Shown here one piece after another: positions 61,249-64,000 of a stretch of 64,000 bases of DNA (position 1 is its first letter; every line of letters starts with the position of its first letter). The position numbers and the translations under genes are program-made. The notes beneath the pieces are model-generated. The model was not told the origin of the DNA, did not search any database, and saw nothing but the letters and a program-made list of their open reading frames with translations. The stretch comes from an uncultured delta proteobacterium (lineage in GTDB: Bacteria > Myxococcota_A > Polyangia > Polyangiales > Polyangiaceae): positions 800,001-864,000 of the forward strand of contig CAWKKR010000008.1 of the NCBI GenBank assembly GCA_963850305.1. The letters are read 5' to 3'.

Positions 61249-62419
61249 GGCCGGGGACCCTTCGCCATCGCGTCGACCTCCGCCGACGCCGCGGGCTCGG
61301 TCGAGTGCTCCTCCGTGGCGACCACGTGATCCCCCTCCTCGAGAAGCCCGCGTCCCTCCGTCACCACGAGAGTACCGGGCGCGAGCGACGTCCCCAGGTA
61401 AAGTTGCCCCTCGGATTCTCCCTCGACCGGGAAGGTCTTCTTGTTCGCCACGTCACCGTTCACCACGAAGACGGACGCCTTCGCGCCGCGAAGGGTCGCG
61501 GCGTAGAGTGGGATCTCGCTCGCGGGCTTGGGCACCCCGACGTCGATGTGAACCTCTCCGGTCGTGCCGACGGGAATTTGTCGGTTCGGATCTGGAATGT
61601 CGATCTCGAAATGGACTGTCCGTGTATGTGGATCCGCAGACGGCGCGCGGCGCGAAACCACTCCGACCACGTCTTCGTCGATCGCGTAGAGATGAACTCG
61701 TACCTTCGCGCCCGGGGCCACCACACCGAAGTCTATTTCCGGCGCGTCCGCCGTCATTCGCACCACCGTGCGGTCCACCTCGGTGACGATGGACGAGCCC
61801 GGCCGTGCGAACGCGCCGGGGTCCATCAGGCGCTGGGCGATCTCGCCGTCGAACGGCGCGCGCAGGACGCAGTCGCTCACCGCGAGAACCGTGGTCGCGA
61901 GGGTAGCCCGCGTCGCCTCGAGCTGCGCGAGCTGCGCGGCGCTCTGTGCGGCCTTCTGTTCCGCTTCGTTCGGCGAGACGAAGCCTCCGTCGAGGAGCGT
62001 GTTCGTGCGCGCGGCCTCGTCCGCGAGGGCCTTCTGCTGCGCGTCGATGGCGCGCGCCTGGCTCGCGACGGCTCTCTGTCCGGCGCTGGCCGTCCGGCAA
62101 TCGAGCGTCGCAAGGATCTCTCCGCGCTTGACGGCGGCGCCCGGGCGCACGAGCACCGTGTCCACGTACGCGGAGACGAGCTGCGGTCCGATGCTGGCTT
62201 CGACCCAGGGCTCGAGCGTGCCGACGTACATCCTCGACGGCCGATACATCGCCGCCTTTGCGGCCATGACGGTGACCGGCTTCGCCGTCGACGAAAGGGC
62301 AACCTTGTTCGTCCGCGCTTCGGCTCGGAGCATCATCGAGACGCCGAGCGCGAGGACGGCGAGCACGGCCGCGCCGATGACGAGGGGCACGGTCAGCTTA
62401 CGGGGGGATCGTTGACCAT
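61245..62419 (-). CDS. RND periplasmic adaptor (MFP); coupled ATG is out of frame at a C6 tract, alternative GTG start at 62390
   Basis: N-terminal TM; VRPGAAVKRGEILA; LRAPFDG. ATG at 62419 overlaps the tolC stop but needs one more C. Confidence 0.9.
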
Positions 62420-63810
62420 CAAATTCCTTCCGCGATTGCGCGCCCGAACGCCGCGCGTGCACGCGCCGTCTCGAATTCTCCGAGGGCGAGTTGAATCTCC
62501 GCATCCGCCCGCAGCGCCTCGGCATCGGCGAGCTCCACGCTCGTTCCGAGGCCTGCTTTGAAGCGCGCCTCGGCCTGTGCGTAATTGGCGACGGCGGCCG
62601 TGACCGCTTGCTCGAGCTCAGGCAGAGCGGTGCGCGCCACCTGGACCTGTATGTAGCTCTCTCGAACGCGGGCCGTCACTTCCTGGCGCGCGACGCCGAT
62701 CTCCTCCTGTGCAACGCGTTCTTCGGCGCGAGAAGCGTCCTTCCTCGCGGCGACGACGCCGTCGAACAGGGGCCACGTGAGGACAACCCCGACGTCCCAG
62801 TTCGGCACGTTCGGGACCCAGCCATTCCCGTCGGCGGGAATGCCGTTGCCGGACGGCGCCGCGCCGCCGGCGCGTCCCGTGAGAGTGGCCGTCAGCGCCA
62901 GATCAGGCCGCAGCTCGGCACCGACGGCGCGTGTCCGCTCCTCCGCGGCGCGGAGCTCCGCGAGCATGGCGAGCAGGTCCGGATCTTTCGCGCTCGCGCG
63001 CCGCAGCGCATCGTCGAGTGAGGGCAATTCATCGGGAGCAGGCGGACGATTGGCGACGTCGAGCGCGGCCTCCGGCGCGCCGACGGCGGCCGCGAAGACC
63101 GTCTGCGCCGTGATGACGCCGCCGCGCGCGCGGATCCGTCCGATGTCGAATTTCGCGAGATCGGCCTCGGCTCGAGTGAGCTCGATCGGCGATCTCAACC
63201 CCGAGCTCACGCCCGCCTTTGCCATGTCGCGGTGCACCCGGGTGCGCGCGTAAGCATCCTCCGACGCGCGCAGCACCGACTTCGCGGCGAACACCGCGAA
63301 GTACGCTTCCTCGACGTCGTACGTGACGTCGAGCAGCGCGCTCGCGGCGTGCTCGGTCTCGACTGCCACCCGCGCGTCTTCGGCTGCCGCCTGTGCGGCG
63401 ATGCGCCCGAAGTCGAACAGCTCCTGATCGCCCCCGATGCCGACGAGCGTCGACGCGTACGGCTGAAAACTGCCCTTGGCCACGCCGCGCGTCCCTCCAA
63501 TCCGAGGCAGATCGAGGACCCCCGTCGAGACATAGCTCCCCGTCGTCTGGTTCGCCGTGGCACCGAGGAGCTGCGCTGTCGCACCGAAGCTCGGAAGCCA
63601 CTGTGCCCTGGGAATGCCGGCGCGCGCTCGCTCCGACTCGATCCGGGCAAGGGCCGCGCGGACCTGTGGCTGGTGCGCGCGAGCGTATGCGATCGCGTCG
63701 GCGAGCGTCATCGAGCGGGGGCCTGGCGCCGGTGGCGCGGCGGGCTCTGCCCCTGCGCTCGTCGCAGCGAACAGCGAAGCGAGCGCGGCGTTCCGGAACC
63801 AGGTCACCAT
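62419..63810 (-). CDS. TolC family outer membrane efflux protein
   Basis: Signal peptide; MTLADAIAYA; LFDFG; WPLFDG; ARFKAGLGTSVELADA. Confidence 0.93.
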   Translation of the reverse strand: MVTWFRNAALASLFAATSAGAEPAAPPAPGPRSMTLADAIAYARAHQPQVRAALARIESERARAGIPRAQWLPSFGATAQLLGATANQTTGSYVSTGVLDLPRIGGTRGVAKGSFQPYASTLVGIGGDQELFDFGRIAAQAAAEDARVAVETEHAASALLDVTYDVEEAYFAVFAAKSVLRASEDAYARTRVHRDMAKAGVSSGLRSPIELTRAEADLAKFDIGRIRARGGVITAQTVFAAAVGAPEAALDVANRPPAPDELPSLDDALRRASAKDPDLLAMLAELRAAEERTRAVGAELRPDLALTATLTGRAGGAAPSGNGIPADGNGWVPNVPNWDVGVVLTWPLFDGVVAARKDASRAEERVAQEEIGVARQEVTARVRESYIQVQVARTALPELEQAVTAAVANYAQAEARFKAGLGTSVELADAEALRADAEIQLALGEFETARARAAFGRAIAEGI

Positions 63811-64000
63811 TTCAGATACGGGCCTACCATCATGCGGCCTGAATTTGGCAATGCAGATCTCGAAAATACGTGGAGATCACTCGGGTCTCTTGCTCGGCCT
63901 CGACCTACCACGCCGCGATCCGGGAGCAATCGCATCGCAAAGGCCCGTGCCGCGTGGCGTGGCCCGGAGAAACTCCGATGCCGTGCCGGAATTTCTCCGA

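Overview
High-GC window whose gene content (ECF sigma/anti-sigma module, many Cys/Gly-rich lipoproteins, long orphan MCP, sigma-54 motifs) looks myxobacterial; this taxonomy is inferred, not shown. Left to right: (1) ECF sigma, anti-sigma-like gene and secreted proteins, a REC-GGDEF/REC divergent pair, and a Cys-repeat lipoprotein with a peptidase-S74-type chaperone tail. (2) tRNA-Lys(CTT), then a glycosylation region with GT2/GT4/DUF354 enzymes and about five GT-C-like membrane proteins, split by an MCP/kinase/lipoprotein block. (3) A 70-bp structured tandem array beside a complete IS110 element whose left non-coding end carries readable bridge-RNA-like guides matching its own junctions. (4) dps, an NtrC-type regulator and an acyl-CoA dehydrogenase. 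(5) tRNA-Arg(TCG), followed by an island-like, partly decayed stretch (toxin-antitoxin pairs, helicase remnant, 21/42-bp repeats, katG, serpin, tandem AIM24 genes). (6) An arsenic cluster (sigZ-like, arsM, then divergent arsD, arsA and a fused arsC-arsC) with no arsR and no arsB/acr3. (7) A TolC-MFP-RND operon. Several single-base frameshifts share a sequence context and may be sequencing artefacts. All product calls come from recognising motifs by eye; no database searches were run.
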